A stretch of 64,000 bases of DNA. It comes from Lepidodermella squamata. Lineage: Eukaryota > Animalia > Gastrotricha. Below the pieces are notes generated by a model that saw only the letters and a program-made list of their open reading frames with translations, did no database searches and had not been told where the DNA came from. Shown here piece after piece: positions 48,601 through 59,787 of this stretch. Location of the stretch: contig JBLDXI010000003.1 in the NCBI GenBank assembly GCA_047495785.1, positions 1,488,001-1,552,000 of the forward strand, read 5' to 3'. The first letter of the stretch is position 1. The number at the start of each line of letters is the position of its first letter. The position numbers were made by a program, and so were the translations under genes.

Positions 48601-51600
48601 AGGAGGAGTCAATCTACAAATTTAACACCGTAAGATTTCAAGCGATGTCACAACGTCAATGAAAAATTCGCGATTGTAGGGAATAACGCACTTTAGATGC
48701 TTGGTGAACGATGTCGGTACCGGTACGCCCAATCCTGTATGCCGTCCTGGCAACTGTAACTTTGCGGCTAATACAAACGTCGGATCCACCGGTTCCAGCA
48801 GTTTGAACCCACTAACCGGTGGTTTCAGCAGTCTCACAACTTGCAATACCGCTAGATTTGTAAGAAGACATCAGCAGCGTATTTTTGAAGTATTCATTGG
48901 GTTTCCTGTTTGCAGTACGCCAAGCCTTGCTATAAGGCAACCGCTGATCAGGCTCCGTTCTACCAAATCGTCGTTGGCTACGATCATATCAATGGACTTT
49001 CGGGATGCGCCAGTGGCGATGTTGACGTAAGTGAATTTCAGATTTACGCGCGCGGCTAGAGGAAGTTCTCAAAATTCCCTCAAAACTCATCGTTTATCAT
49101 TTCATCAAGCGCGTGATTGGCCAATCAAAATGGCTTCGAGTAGATTGAAATTGTGCATTTGCTTACAGCTTTCGAAAGGGGGTGGAAGTGATCAGCTGGC
49201 TCCGTGGACAACCAGCGCAGCTAACGACATTCAGTTCACAACTGCAGCTGTTTACACATCTAGAACTGACTTACCTCATCAACGTTGTCGTGTTCTTGTG
49301 AGCGGATCCTCCTGCCAGCCTCAGCCCGTTTGTCGCCCCGATATGACGCCAGGTGCTTCCCCCTGGTGCGTGCAGTCTTACGCGACCACCTGTGCTAGCG
49401 CGGTTCCAGAACGAGACGTAAGGATAAATCGCTCTCGCACTTGAATGCTTACTGTTAACTCTACCTTCACAGCTGGACAACGCAGCGACATACAATAGCA
49501 TCACAGCTTGCAATGCTGCGCTTTACGTGAGATGGCTCCTTTTCTATTCTGAATTTCATTAAACAATTTGTTTCATAGCACTACCGCCCTTGCTACAGCC
49601 CGCTAGTACCTGGCATAGCTTCAATAGATACTTCTGCAAATTGGTACGCTATTAATGGTGTGTTTGATCACATTAGTGCAACATCAACTAATTGCGCCGC
49701 TACCGACCTGGATGTAATAAGTTTTTTAGAGTGACATTTAGCGTAGCTTAATGTTCTCGACCCTTTACACAGATTCCCCTTTCTGCGGTGCCCATCTCTA
49801 ATTGGAAAACTGGACCAAATGTCGGAATAGCAGCATCCTTTAGCCTTGCATCCTTTGATACAGCGGTATATTTACAAATCAGTCATTTGCGGCCGTGCAC
49901 TTAACTAATACGTATTTCAGACATGGCCGCATTACAGATGCGCTGCGACTGTTGGGACAACTGCCGTCATAACTTGTCGACCTGATTTCAGGTTAGACCA
50001 GACTGGTGGTCAGTGCGACGCTGGTGGAACTAATGCGGTATGTTTGATGCTTAATTCAGGGTTTCTCAAACTTGGGGTTGTGGGCCCTTTTTCGTGGGTC
50101 GTCGAGTCAGCCGGGGGTCGCCTGGTGGTTTTCATAAAGCTTGAATATTGCGAAGATTTGGTGCATGCCTTAGTCACTCTTCCAGAAAAAATCTTTGAAA
50201 AGAGCGTTAGCTAAAGCTCGCCTCGCTCGCATCCAATTTTATTCGACTGAAAACCGTCTGAAATTTCGGTTCAGAGCCGAGTTCATGTGAATTTTGAAGA
50301 AATTATGGGAAGAAATGCTGTAAATTAAGTGATATTTTATTGCTTGGTCCCAAAATGTTGCAATTTGTGAGCATATTTTCCCACACTGAAAAATGGAAAA
50401 AATCGCCGAGAGTCGGCGGAGGGCCAGGGGGCCACAGGGTCCGAAAAACTCGATCCCAAAAATATAGGAGAGACATTTAACGATCTATTCGAAATCAAAT
50501 TTGATATTTCACTGACTTTCATCAGTATTGTGTATTGTATTGTCGACTCGGTAAAGGAATAAAATCAAACCAAGTTAAATTAATACGATACCTATAAAAT
50601 GTCTTAACGTGTTTTGATTTTAGGATTTGCTTCATATTATTCTGGCTTTCCCCATGCTGTACACTTTCTAATGATGACTTTTTTCTCTCACCAGCTCGCC
50701 AAACAACCTACAGCTGGATACTACCTCACATTGCAGGCCTGCTGGGCTGCAAAATATGTAGGCTTAATTGCGGCTAATAGGAATATATTTGATAAAACCA
50801 TCTTTTTACAAATTCCTCGCAGTGGTACGGCGTGTGCTATACTCCGCAAGATACAGAAAGCTCAGGTGGCAACAATGAATACTACACATTGACCGGATTC
50901 CCCGATACCGCATCAACGTACTGTACCAGCACGCAAATGACGGTTATTCCGGGTGCCAATGGGGTGTGGTACACCTCTTCCACGTCGCTAGCGACAACGA
51001 ATTCAGATTTACTGGGGAGTGCTAACAATTTTTTGAAACTGGTACATTTTCTCACCTATATTTTGATGTATCTGGTATGTGCGCCTAAACCTATAGCAAA
51101 CTCACTACCGATGCAGGACTACGACAAGTGAACCGCGATGCCGCTCGTCTTTGAGTTCATTGAATGCTGGAAATAATTGCTGGACTGCTGGATCTGAAAC
51201 CGCTGTTGCGGTAAACGGACTAAATTTTGATTTAATTAAGATGACTCACGTTTTCACTGCAGCCGCCAACCGGAGAGAGCTTTGCCAATTTCATCCAATG
51301 CACCAGCAATAGATTCGTAAGCTACCTGAGATCGCTTTGTTTCAACAAATACAATTCGTACTTAATAGTACGTTAAAGTGTGCTACAAGCCTGAAACGAC
51401 TTCTCAAGCGAGCACGAGCGAGTACTTCTCCCTCGCGCAAGTTCAGGATTGGACCGCAACATCGTGCCCGGCGTCGAATCTCGATGTCACTGCTGACAGC
51501 AGCAACAAAAAAGTTAATTGGTTTACATCTCCAACCTCGAGCAATTCTGCCAACTCATATGCGGCAACCTACATCAACAACCAAGTGAGAATTTTAAATT

Positions 51601-53536
51601 TTGTTACTTGCTTGTCAAAAGGAAATGTTTTATAGCCTCACTTCCGCTGCACTTCCTCCTCAAATCCGGATAAGCCGATATGCAGACCGAGCTTCGCAGC
51701 GTAATTTCTCCTTAAAACTGGGAAATCATTAATCTCTCTGATATTTGTTTCATGGTAGCGCTGCTGATGCAGAAGTATGCCCAACGGCAGCACTGTCAGA
51801 AACAAAGGTGCGCATCTTTCACAGTAGAAGAAGTTGAGACAAATTTGTTCATCAAACAGATCGTCAACACTGGAATAGACACTGTGATCGACCCATCCCT
51901 TACCATTAGTGGATTCAGCAACCTGGCTGCGTGCAAACCATATCGATTCGTTAGTACTTGATAGAGCGAACTTCATGAAAATTCTGCCCTTTTTACAGCT
52001 CACTGCTTACTGTTTCAACAATGTGCCAATTCCAGCCTACCCTGGCGCGGCTTTCTGTGCCGCCGATACAGAAAAATCCACACGCGTGTGTGGATCGTTG
52101 CCTGCTGGGCAAATTATGGTATGTTCGAACTAATGGATGGCATAATATCGTAAATTGAACGCCACTTCAAAGAAAACCTTCAATTCCGGTACGAGTCAAA
52201 CCGATGCTACGACGTCATGTACCGATTCCCTTAGCACTGACACCCATGTAAGTCGGTAGCCCATTTTTATATCCTAACACTTTACATTATCATTAACTTA
52301 AGGTTGACTATGTTCGATGTCGCCAACTTGGCTACACCGTCGAAGCTATTTGCCGACCTAGAACACTTGGTTGCTTGAATCAACTCGCGACCGGCACGCA
52401 ACCAGCCGTCACTGAATTTCCGGTATGCAATTTCGAAGCTTAAGTCTTTGAAATTATTATATTTGTATCGGTATTCCAGCTGACGAACATGGGAAAGTAC
52501 AAGATTGCTAACTGTCGCTCTGAAAGGGTAAGGCAACTTCATTCAGTAGGTTTTACCTGGCAAGATTTTACATTCATTCAGAGGTACTTGAGCTGTTACG
52601 ACCCGACAAGCCTTTATAACTACGTGCCAACCTTGTCGTCAACTCCCTGGGCTTGCGTCGACGATTATCTCACCTGCCCATCGACTTCAGTCAGAGTAAG
52701 AACTTAAAGAGCCTCCATTTTTCAGAAACTTGTTCAGAATCGTCGAAGCACCGTAATGAGAGAAGATCGCTGAAATCGGATATATTCTAGTATTACAATC
52801 ACAATAATATTCCTTTGCCGAATTTTCTCTGCAATGTTTTCCGTGAGCAACTGACTAGCTTCAAACAAATCCCGCCCCGTTCACACTTTGATATTATGAG
52901 CTATTAAAAAATCAGAGATTTTTCAATTATTTTGAGAAGTTGTTAACACCTCATCATGATTGTTCCTTTCAGTTCCCCTTGGTTCCTGACTACAGCTCGA
53001 ACATCCTCAATAACAATGCGGGCAATGATTGCTACCTTGCACCGGGAACTGCCGTAGCGTCGTGGAATCGATGCAAAAAATCGCTGGGCTCTAATGTGGC
53101 GATAATTCTTTGCCGACCCACTGACATTTACGGATCAGCATGCGCGGCTGGAGATGACGTTGGTACACCGGTAATACATACCTTTTAATTTGGTACAAGT
53201 AATAATAGGTAACTAATAGGTAACCTATGCTTCAGTGATAGCTTGCCTTCAGGCTGCAGGCACTAATGGCGCAGTGAGTTTCTGTGCAGTGGCTTAAATC
53301 TCAAGGATTGCTCTCATTTCTCCTCATAGACTAAGTGCTGCTGTCAGAATAGTGCAGGAGCCGCTCAAACTTCTGGTACTGTCAACGCTGATGGCACGTG
53401 CAGTTGCCCTAGTACAACCCCAGTAAGTCAAAATGTCAGCTCGCCACTATTTTCTGTAACTACTTGTTTTCAACTTGTTTTCAAGATCAAACAAGGAATT
53501 TACTACGATGCGGCAACGGCTGTGTCCTGTTCTTAG
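45625..53536 (+). CDS. Large secreted Cys-rich repeat protein, several tens of short exons
   Basis: Signal MLLKSLIAIL|GLAHFGYA. Recurring mostly phase-0 exons: ..C..A..[YF] | ..PCYKP..[FY]YQIV.GYDH..C | linker | LPH.RC..PVCRP..C. C-terminus TKCCCQ..CSCP | IKQGIYYDAATAVSCS*. Confidence 0.8.
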
Positions 53537-54202
53537 ATTGGGATCTGATTGGCGTACTCATCAAGATTTTTCGATTAGACAAACTGCGAACTTGACCCTA
53601 TTTATCCCCGAGCCTTCATAGGTGATTAAAGTTAAACCATGGTTCCGCTGCTCGCGTGAAATGACGTGAAGTTAAATATTAAATAGGGCAAATAATATGA
53701 CATTGAATAAAACTTTCATCAAACTTAAGGATTATTGGTCTTATCGTAAATGTTGCTCAATTTTGGCTGAATGTTAGAGAAAACCGTCAGTTGCTGGTAA
53801 CAGAGGTTTGGGTTAATCCGAATTTGTGAAACTGATGAAGCTGGGGTTTTATCATGCCAAATTGCAGATCAAATTATTGTTTAGAACTTCATTTTCCCGG
53901 CTCGAAATTTTGTAGAATTCAAACAATTTATCTGACGAAATGGAAATAAGGGGAACGAGGAACATTTAACAAATTTTGTGTCCGGAATCGTGAAATACAT
54001 GCATAGAGAAAAAAGCTGGTCATTCTCTCTCTGTGAGGACAAGTTTTTCGGACCCAAATTGGACAGGCGCTTGCTCAAAATGTAAAGGGTCATTCGGCCC
54101 CATTTAGCTACCTTTTATTTTAGGTATTCGTGATTTGTTGCCTAGAAAGCATTAGTTCGCAATGCCCAAGAAAAATAAATAACGAAGTGATGCCTGTTAT
54201 TC

Positions 54203-55174
54203 ATGAACTTCGGCGGCTCCAAGTTAAGTGAGTTCATACTGAGTTGCGTCAACATAGCGCACCTAGGTGTTTTCACGAGCCGGCGGTGCGAGAAGTCATT
54301 TCCGAAAAGAAAATTCCTCAGCATTGTTGCCCCGGATGTATTTGTCTCAAATCGCAATCTCTCACGAGACGCATTGCCCTTTACTTACTCAACAGTAAAA
54401 AAATACACACACATCATTGCTCATTTCGTACGAATCATGCGAAAAACGCTGAAATCAGCAATCAGCTCGAATCGAAACCCAGATGAAACCCACTTCAAGC
54501 CAGAAACAAGGCGAATATGCGTCGATTTCAAAGCCCCACTCGACTGCAAGCGGAGACCTTCGTTACGTCCTTTCACGGCTCCAGTAATTTCTTCGCCCTC
54601 GTCGGATTACGATCTCATCGAATCGAAATCATCATGGCGAAATCAGGTCCCCATCCTCCTTCAAATGCTAGCCATTCAAAAGGCGGACAACTATAAAGAA
54701 AACGTGAAAGATACGTACGCCCTATGGCAAGAGCCGTCGATTATTCGGTTCCATCAGTGGAAATCCTATCAACAGTTGCTTCTCCACCAACACGTCAATT
54801 CAAGTAGTACTACGCTAACAATCCAGCTGCCGAACGGCTCTACTGGAAGTTTGAGCAATCGAAGGCGGACTTTCATGTCCAATGCAACTCCTGGCAGTAG
54901 CATAGCAAACAGCGAGATTCATAGCCAAGAGATCAGATCTGCCAATCTCTACCTTGCAGCCCCGAAAAGCTCGATGAATCGGTTTAGCACTGGCGATATT
55001 TCGAGCAGCTTCCTGAAACCGCCCGAAACTGTGAAACGGCTTTCTTTCGCTGATTCTGTCATTCAGGAAGATGAGGCTAGGTCGTCAAATTCGTCGTCAA
55101 GGGTATCCTCTCGGAAGAACAGTGAAGCCAGTGCTAAAACAAGCCGCCGGCAATCTACTAAACACATCGATTAA
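54203..55174 (+). CDS. Uncharacterised intronless Ser-rich ORF (true start may be downstream)
   Basis: 323-codon ORF sharing motif WxxQ[VM]PILLxMLAxQ with the next ORF. Confidence 0.55.
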   Translation: MNFGGSKLSEFILSCVNIAHLGVFTSRRCEKSFPKRKFLSIVAPDVFVSNRNLSRDALPFTYSTVKKYTHIIAHFVRIMRKTLKSAISSNRNPDETHFKPETRRICVDFKAPLDCKRRPSLRPFTAPVISSPSSDYDLIESKSSWRNQVPILLQMLAIQKADNYKENVKDTYALWQEPSIIRFHQWKSYQQLLLHQHVNSSSTTLTIQLPNGSTGSLSNRRRTFMSNATPGSSIANSEIHSQEIRSANLYLAAPKSSMNRFSTGDISSSFLKPPETVKRLSFADSVIQEDEARSSNSSSRVSSRKNSEASAKTSRRQSTKHID

Positions 55175-55339
55175 AGTTCGCAAAACGACTCTATTGTCCG
55201 TTTTTTCAGTCTGTTTGTTACATTTATGAAACAATGCGCCGGTCACCTGAGAGAAATCGATTGAGTAAATACTCATTAACTCGCGCTTCCTCGGCCGTTT
55301 CCTCACTTCGATGAAGCATTTTTCAATTTTTGCCCCGAA

Positions 55340-55873
55340 ATGGACTTGGGTCCTAGCTTCAACTTGCTCGGCAAGCAACGACCCCGCCGGCTACGCTCGA
55401 CCTGCTACAGCTGCCAAGTCCTTCTCGAAGATTTCCACCGCCGGATCGAAGATAAGGAAAAGCAAGAAGATGCCGAGAAGTTAGCGGCAGAGTTAGAGCA
55501 GAAGCGTTTGGAGGAAATCGAGGCGATATTGGCGGAGGAAGATGACGATCAAAAACTTGTCTGGCAATACCAAATGCCGATCTTACTCAGAATGCTAGCC
55601 GAGCAGTTGGAATCGCGACCTCACGTTAGGTACTTCCCGCCTGTTTCCAGCGAGCTGGAAGTTTTTCGAATTCATTCAATGTTGAGAAGCCTCACGATGA
55701 ATACATCTATCAGCCAATCGCCTAGCCCCCAGCCCCCAGCTGCGGGCGCATTGAAGCGGATCAGTGACGGCCAGGTTGATAATCAGTTGCCAAAGCTGGC
55801 CGTTATCAAGACGCGATCACGTGGTCGGAGGATGAGTGTCGTCAATAAATCGACTAGTAATAAGAAACTATAG
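55340..55873 (+). CDS. Uncharacterised intronless ORF with acidic coiled coil
   Basis: 177 aa, CxxC, E/K-rich helix, WQYQMPILLRMLAEQL. AATAAA at ~55953. Confidence 0.6.
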   Translation: MDLGPSFNLLGKQRPRRLRSTCYSCQVLLEDFHRRIEDKEKQEDAEKLAAELEQKRLEEIEAILAEEDDDQKLVWQYQMPILLRMLAEQLESRPHVRYFPPVSSELEVFRIHSMLRSLTMNTSISQSPSPQPPAAGALKRISDGQVDNQLPKLAVIKTRSRGRRMSVVNKSTSNKKL

Positions 55874-56269
55874 GCTAAATCTAGCGTCCTTAGCAACGCG
55901 TTGCTAGGGAGTCACCTAATTGTTTACCTTAGTGACCAAACTAGTGGAAAGCAATAAAATGAGTACCAAGGAGCTGATTCTTTGTTTTATTATGATTTTT
56001 TTTCGTTTTTTACTCTAAAGGTTTCAATAGGGTCAAGAAACATCGTAGTGAAAAACCGGAGATTAAAAATGATGGCTATACAAGTAAAAGAATACAGGTT
56101 TTTCGCTAAAATGTCATACGATTTTCGCTGATAATCGCATCAGTCGGACAGTTCGAAGCTCTATTTAATATAATGTAAACATTGATCGACGACTGGAAGT
56201 CATGAGAGAGAAAAATAATAAAAAAGTATTATTTTTCGAAATTTTTTTGATTGATTTTTAAAAAACAAT

Positions 56270-56644
56270 TCATGCATAGCTATTTTGCTCGCGATTGTTA
56301 TGACTAGGATGACTACTATTTAAATGTTCACCATCTTCAGCATATTCGGGGTTGAGGTCCTGCAGTTGGGCAAGAAATACCTAAAATTAAATTTAAATTT
56401 AAAAAATCCTCCTTAAAAAGTCGAAAATTAATACTTACTCCTTTCTCGAATAATTTCCCATCGACGACAAATCGAACGTAAACGACAGTTGGCTCGCCCA
56501 TTTTCACCTCACACACCTTGCCCATGGCGATTTCCTCTGCAGAAAAAAGCGGCCAATATAGGCTGAAGGATGAATGATGAAAGTTATCAACTTACTAGTC
56601 CCACTCCGCTCGAAGAAAACGATATCGCCAACTTTAGGAAACAT
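56270..56644 (-). CDS. Small 3-exon protein, SH3/Tudor/KOW-like beta-barrel suspected
   Basis: MFPKVGDIVFFERSGT|KEIAMGKVCEVKMGEPTVVYVRFVVDGKLFEKG|VFLAQLQDLNPE...*, with canonical GTAAGT donors and an in-frame join. Confidence 0.55.
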
Positions 56645-57739
56645 ATCTCTAAAAAATGAGCATCGACATGATGTATAAATCAAGAATCGATATAAGAAAA
56701 TTCTGGCTTTTTTCCAGTAAAATAAACGCGCGCTATAGCTTAAGACAGTATAAAAATGAAAGCTATTTCGCCGCGAGAAAATTTTGTCGCGAGTGATACT
56801 GCGTATTACGAGTCGATGCGATAAATTTCTGGAGTAACAAAATAACAAAACAACAATGATGATGATAATCGACCGGCCATAAAAAAGCGGCGACAATTTT
56901 TTCTCATCCGATCGCGTGTAATATATTATTAGTAACACAATTTATTCGTCGCGGCCCTGCCTTGTGGCGCAAATTCAATTGGGCGAGCGCGCGCGCGTGT
57001 GTGGCGCGGTCACGAATTTAGCACGCGACTTGATTTTTCTTCGCGCTTTTTTATCTCGAAATGCGAAGACGTGAGAAAATTGCTGCGCTCAATCGCAAAG
57101 TGGCCGCCAATTTTCTTCGACAAATTAACATTATCTGCACAAGAATGATAACAATTTATTTCCCGCTATTCAGCTAAAGAAATTTTTGTACAAAAAAAAA
57201 TAATTTAATTTTCAACCGTCGGTGCGGTTCAAAAAAAAATGAGGTATCGTTTACCCATTAAAATAGACGCAATTGAAAAAAATATAGTTGTGTCGCGTTG
57301 AAAATTTCAGATCGATACTATATTAATAGCGCGATTACTTTTCCCCCGCCAATTCCTTTGAGGGCTAATTATTTGCGGACAAATCGTTTTGTGTCTGGCC
57401 GCAACGTGCGTTTTATTACTATTATTGATCTCTTTCGCGGCTAATAAAAGGCCAGGTCACCGCGCAATGAAAACTCATGGCGCGATGAAACGTTGAATAA
57501 ATAAATAAAAAATATAGGTCACTCATATTTTAACATGACCCGACACAATAATAAAGCCACACATTTATCAAAAATGAAAGAAAACTCGGCGAAATTATAT
57601 TTTTTTCTTCTTTATTATATAATTTCCTTGAAATAAAATTTACAACAAGTTTCAGGTGTAAAAATGAATGATTCAGCAGCGATTTTTGATTAAACGAATA
57701 AGACGAGGTGAAATATTGAACAGAAACTATCGAATAAAT

Positions 57740-59787
57740 TCAAACATGCAGCGCCGCCGCTGGTTTATTGCCCGGCCTAGGCTGGGCGCATTTGTTGAGC
57801 CCGCCTGATGCCGACGGCGGCGACGGCCTGTTCGCGCCGAAAATAGCCGACGGTTGCAAGAAGTTGTTCGGATTCGCGAAATTGTTGCTGTTGTTACTCG
57901 TATTGTAATAACAATTATTCGATGAAGAAGTCGCGCCGGGAAATTGGCCGCCGAAAATTTGAGGCGGATTTTGATTATAATTAAACATCGCCACGTTATT
58001 TTGCTGTTGATACACGTGGAAATTTTGTTGCAACGGCAAAATTTGCTGATTCTGGTAATGCGATGACCAATCAACTGGCTGTTGCTGCTGTTGAATTTGA
58101 GGAATTTGGTTCATTTTAGGGTGGCTCAGCTGTTGAGGCTGCTGTTGGTTAGGCATGACGATGAGCCGGTCTTTGAACTGCGCGTACAACTGGCCCAAAT
58201 GGCCGCCGACTTGGTGGTTATGGCGCTGAGCCGACGACGAGGAGTGTTTCGAAGAGCAGCCGTTATTACTCCGGCTTGACCCAGAATTATTGCCTCCAGA
58301 ACTCACGCCAGCGCTTCTCGACGCAAATGGCCATGACTGTTAATAAAACACATTTTTAGCGCATTGAAGCCAAAAACATCGAATTTCCCGAATTTTTCAC
58401 GTATGTTAAGAGTTGTATGAATCGAAAGAGCTAAACGAGACGAATATTTTGATATAAGTCTCTAAAAACGTCCCAAAAACTTGATTTTGTCTGCAATTTC
58501 TTGCAATGTTAATTTTGATTTGTTTCTCTTTATTTTTTTTATTAAATTCAAGGTTGATTACCATGAGTGGTAAATTCGGCGGTAAATTAGGACCGGCAGT
58601 CGTTGTTTTCGAGTTGGAACTGCTAGCATTAGCAGCCGGGTTGTTGGGTGCTGCGAGAGGTAGCGCCATGCTGAGTAATTTCGAAGCGGAGGCGGAAACA
58701 GCCGATAAAATGGCCGAACTCTGCTTGCCCTGCCGCGTTGATGTGCTCGAATGGCCGGGCTTCGGCGCGCTCTCACTCGGCTGGTCATCGTCGAGTATTT
58801 GTTTCAAATGAGCAATATACTGAAAAAATAGAAAAAATTAAAAACGGGGTTAAAAAGCAGAATAAAAAAAATGAAAATTCTCAAAATAAATTGCTTAAAA
58901 ATTGAAAAATTTGAAAAATGTTCAACTTCAATTCTGTCAATTCCTTTTCAATAATATTTTTCGAAAAATTCATAAAAATATTATTTGTAACGAATTTTTA
59001 AGGGTGTGAAATTGCAGGGTTCCAGCGCTAAATTTGAGGATCCAATAATGAATTTACCTAACTAAAATATGGTTTTTCGAATTTTTTCTTCTTCCTTATA
59101 ATATCGATATTTTCGCTATCAAATTTACGCGATAGATATTGCTTTTACGTGTGATGTGCGGTTCAATTTGCCCTACACTCACTCATGCATAGCCGATATC
59201 GATTCAAATTATCGATTTTACAAATCACTGATTTTTCCGATGAAAAAAGCCGAGAAAGCAAAACTTTAAAACAATTACACCTATCTCGCAGCTAATACTA
59301 AAATTTCAAGGTTTATCGCGAATAGAAAAGGCCAAAATCGCGAAGAACCAGAAAAAATTAGCGCTGGAACCTCAGTTTTATGGTCATTAATCAAAAATCG
59401 ATAAAAGCTTACGCATGATGCCAGCCGGAGCGTGTCGAGTTTTGAAAGTTTAGTATCAGGCGGTACCCAGGGCAGACTGGTTTTCAGGCGGCAAAAGGCC
59501 TTCGATAGCACCCGCATGCGCTGCCGTTCACGCGCATTGGCCGCGTTCCGCTGCTGGACAGGCTTCGCCGTTCCGGTTGAGCCATCGCCACTGCTCAAAT
59601 CCGACCCGGTGCTATTAGCCGAGCCAGATGACGCTAGCGAGAGGTTGTTATTGCAGCTTGACCCAGTTCCAGAGCGGCGCTGTCGTTTCGCCGCTGAGAC
59701 ATTGACAACAAGCGGGTCGAGTTTGACCGAAGGCAGCTGTTGGCCGAGCCCGGCCAGGGGCTCGCACTTGGCTCGAGATCGCTTCAT
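57740..59787 (-). CDS. TCF21: bHLH transcription factor of the TCF21/musculin (MyoR) family, 3 exons
   Basis: [46 protein letters not shown]|YIAHLKQIL and a downstream WPF motif, near-identical to the TCF21/MSC bHLH. Confidence 0.92.

Noticed and set aside
50058-50470. hAT-like MITE starting CAGGGTTTCTCAAACT in an intron
   Set aside because: Only the left terminus is recognisable. No matching right TIR or TSD found.
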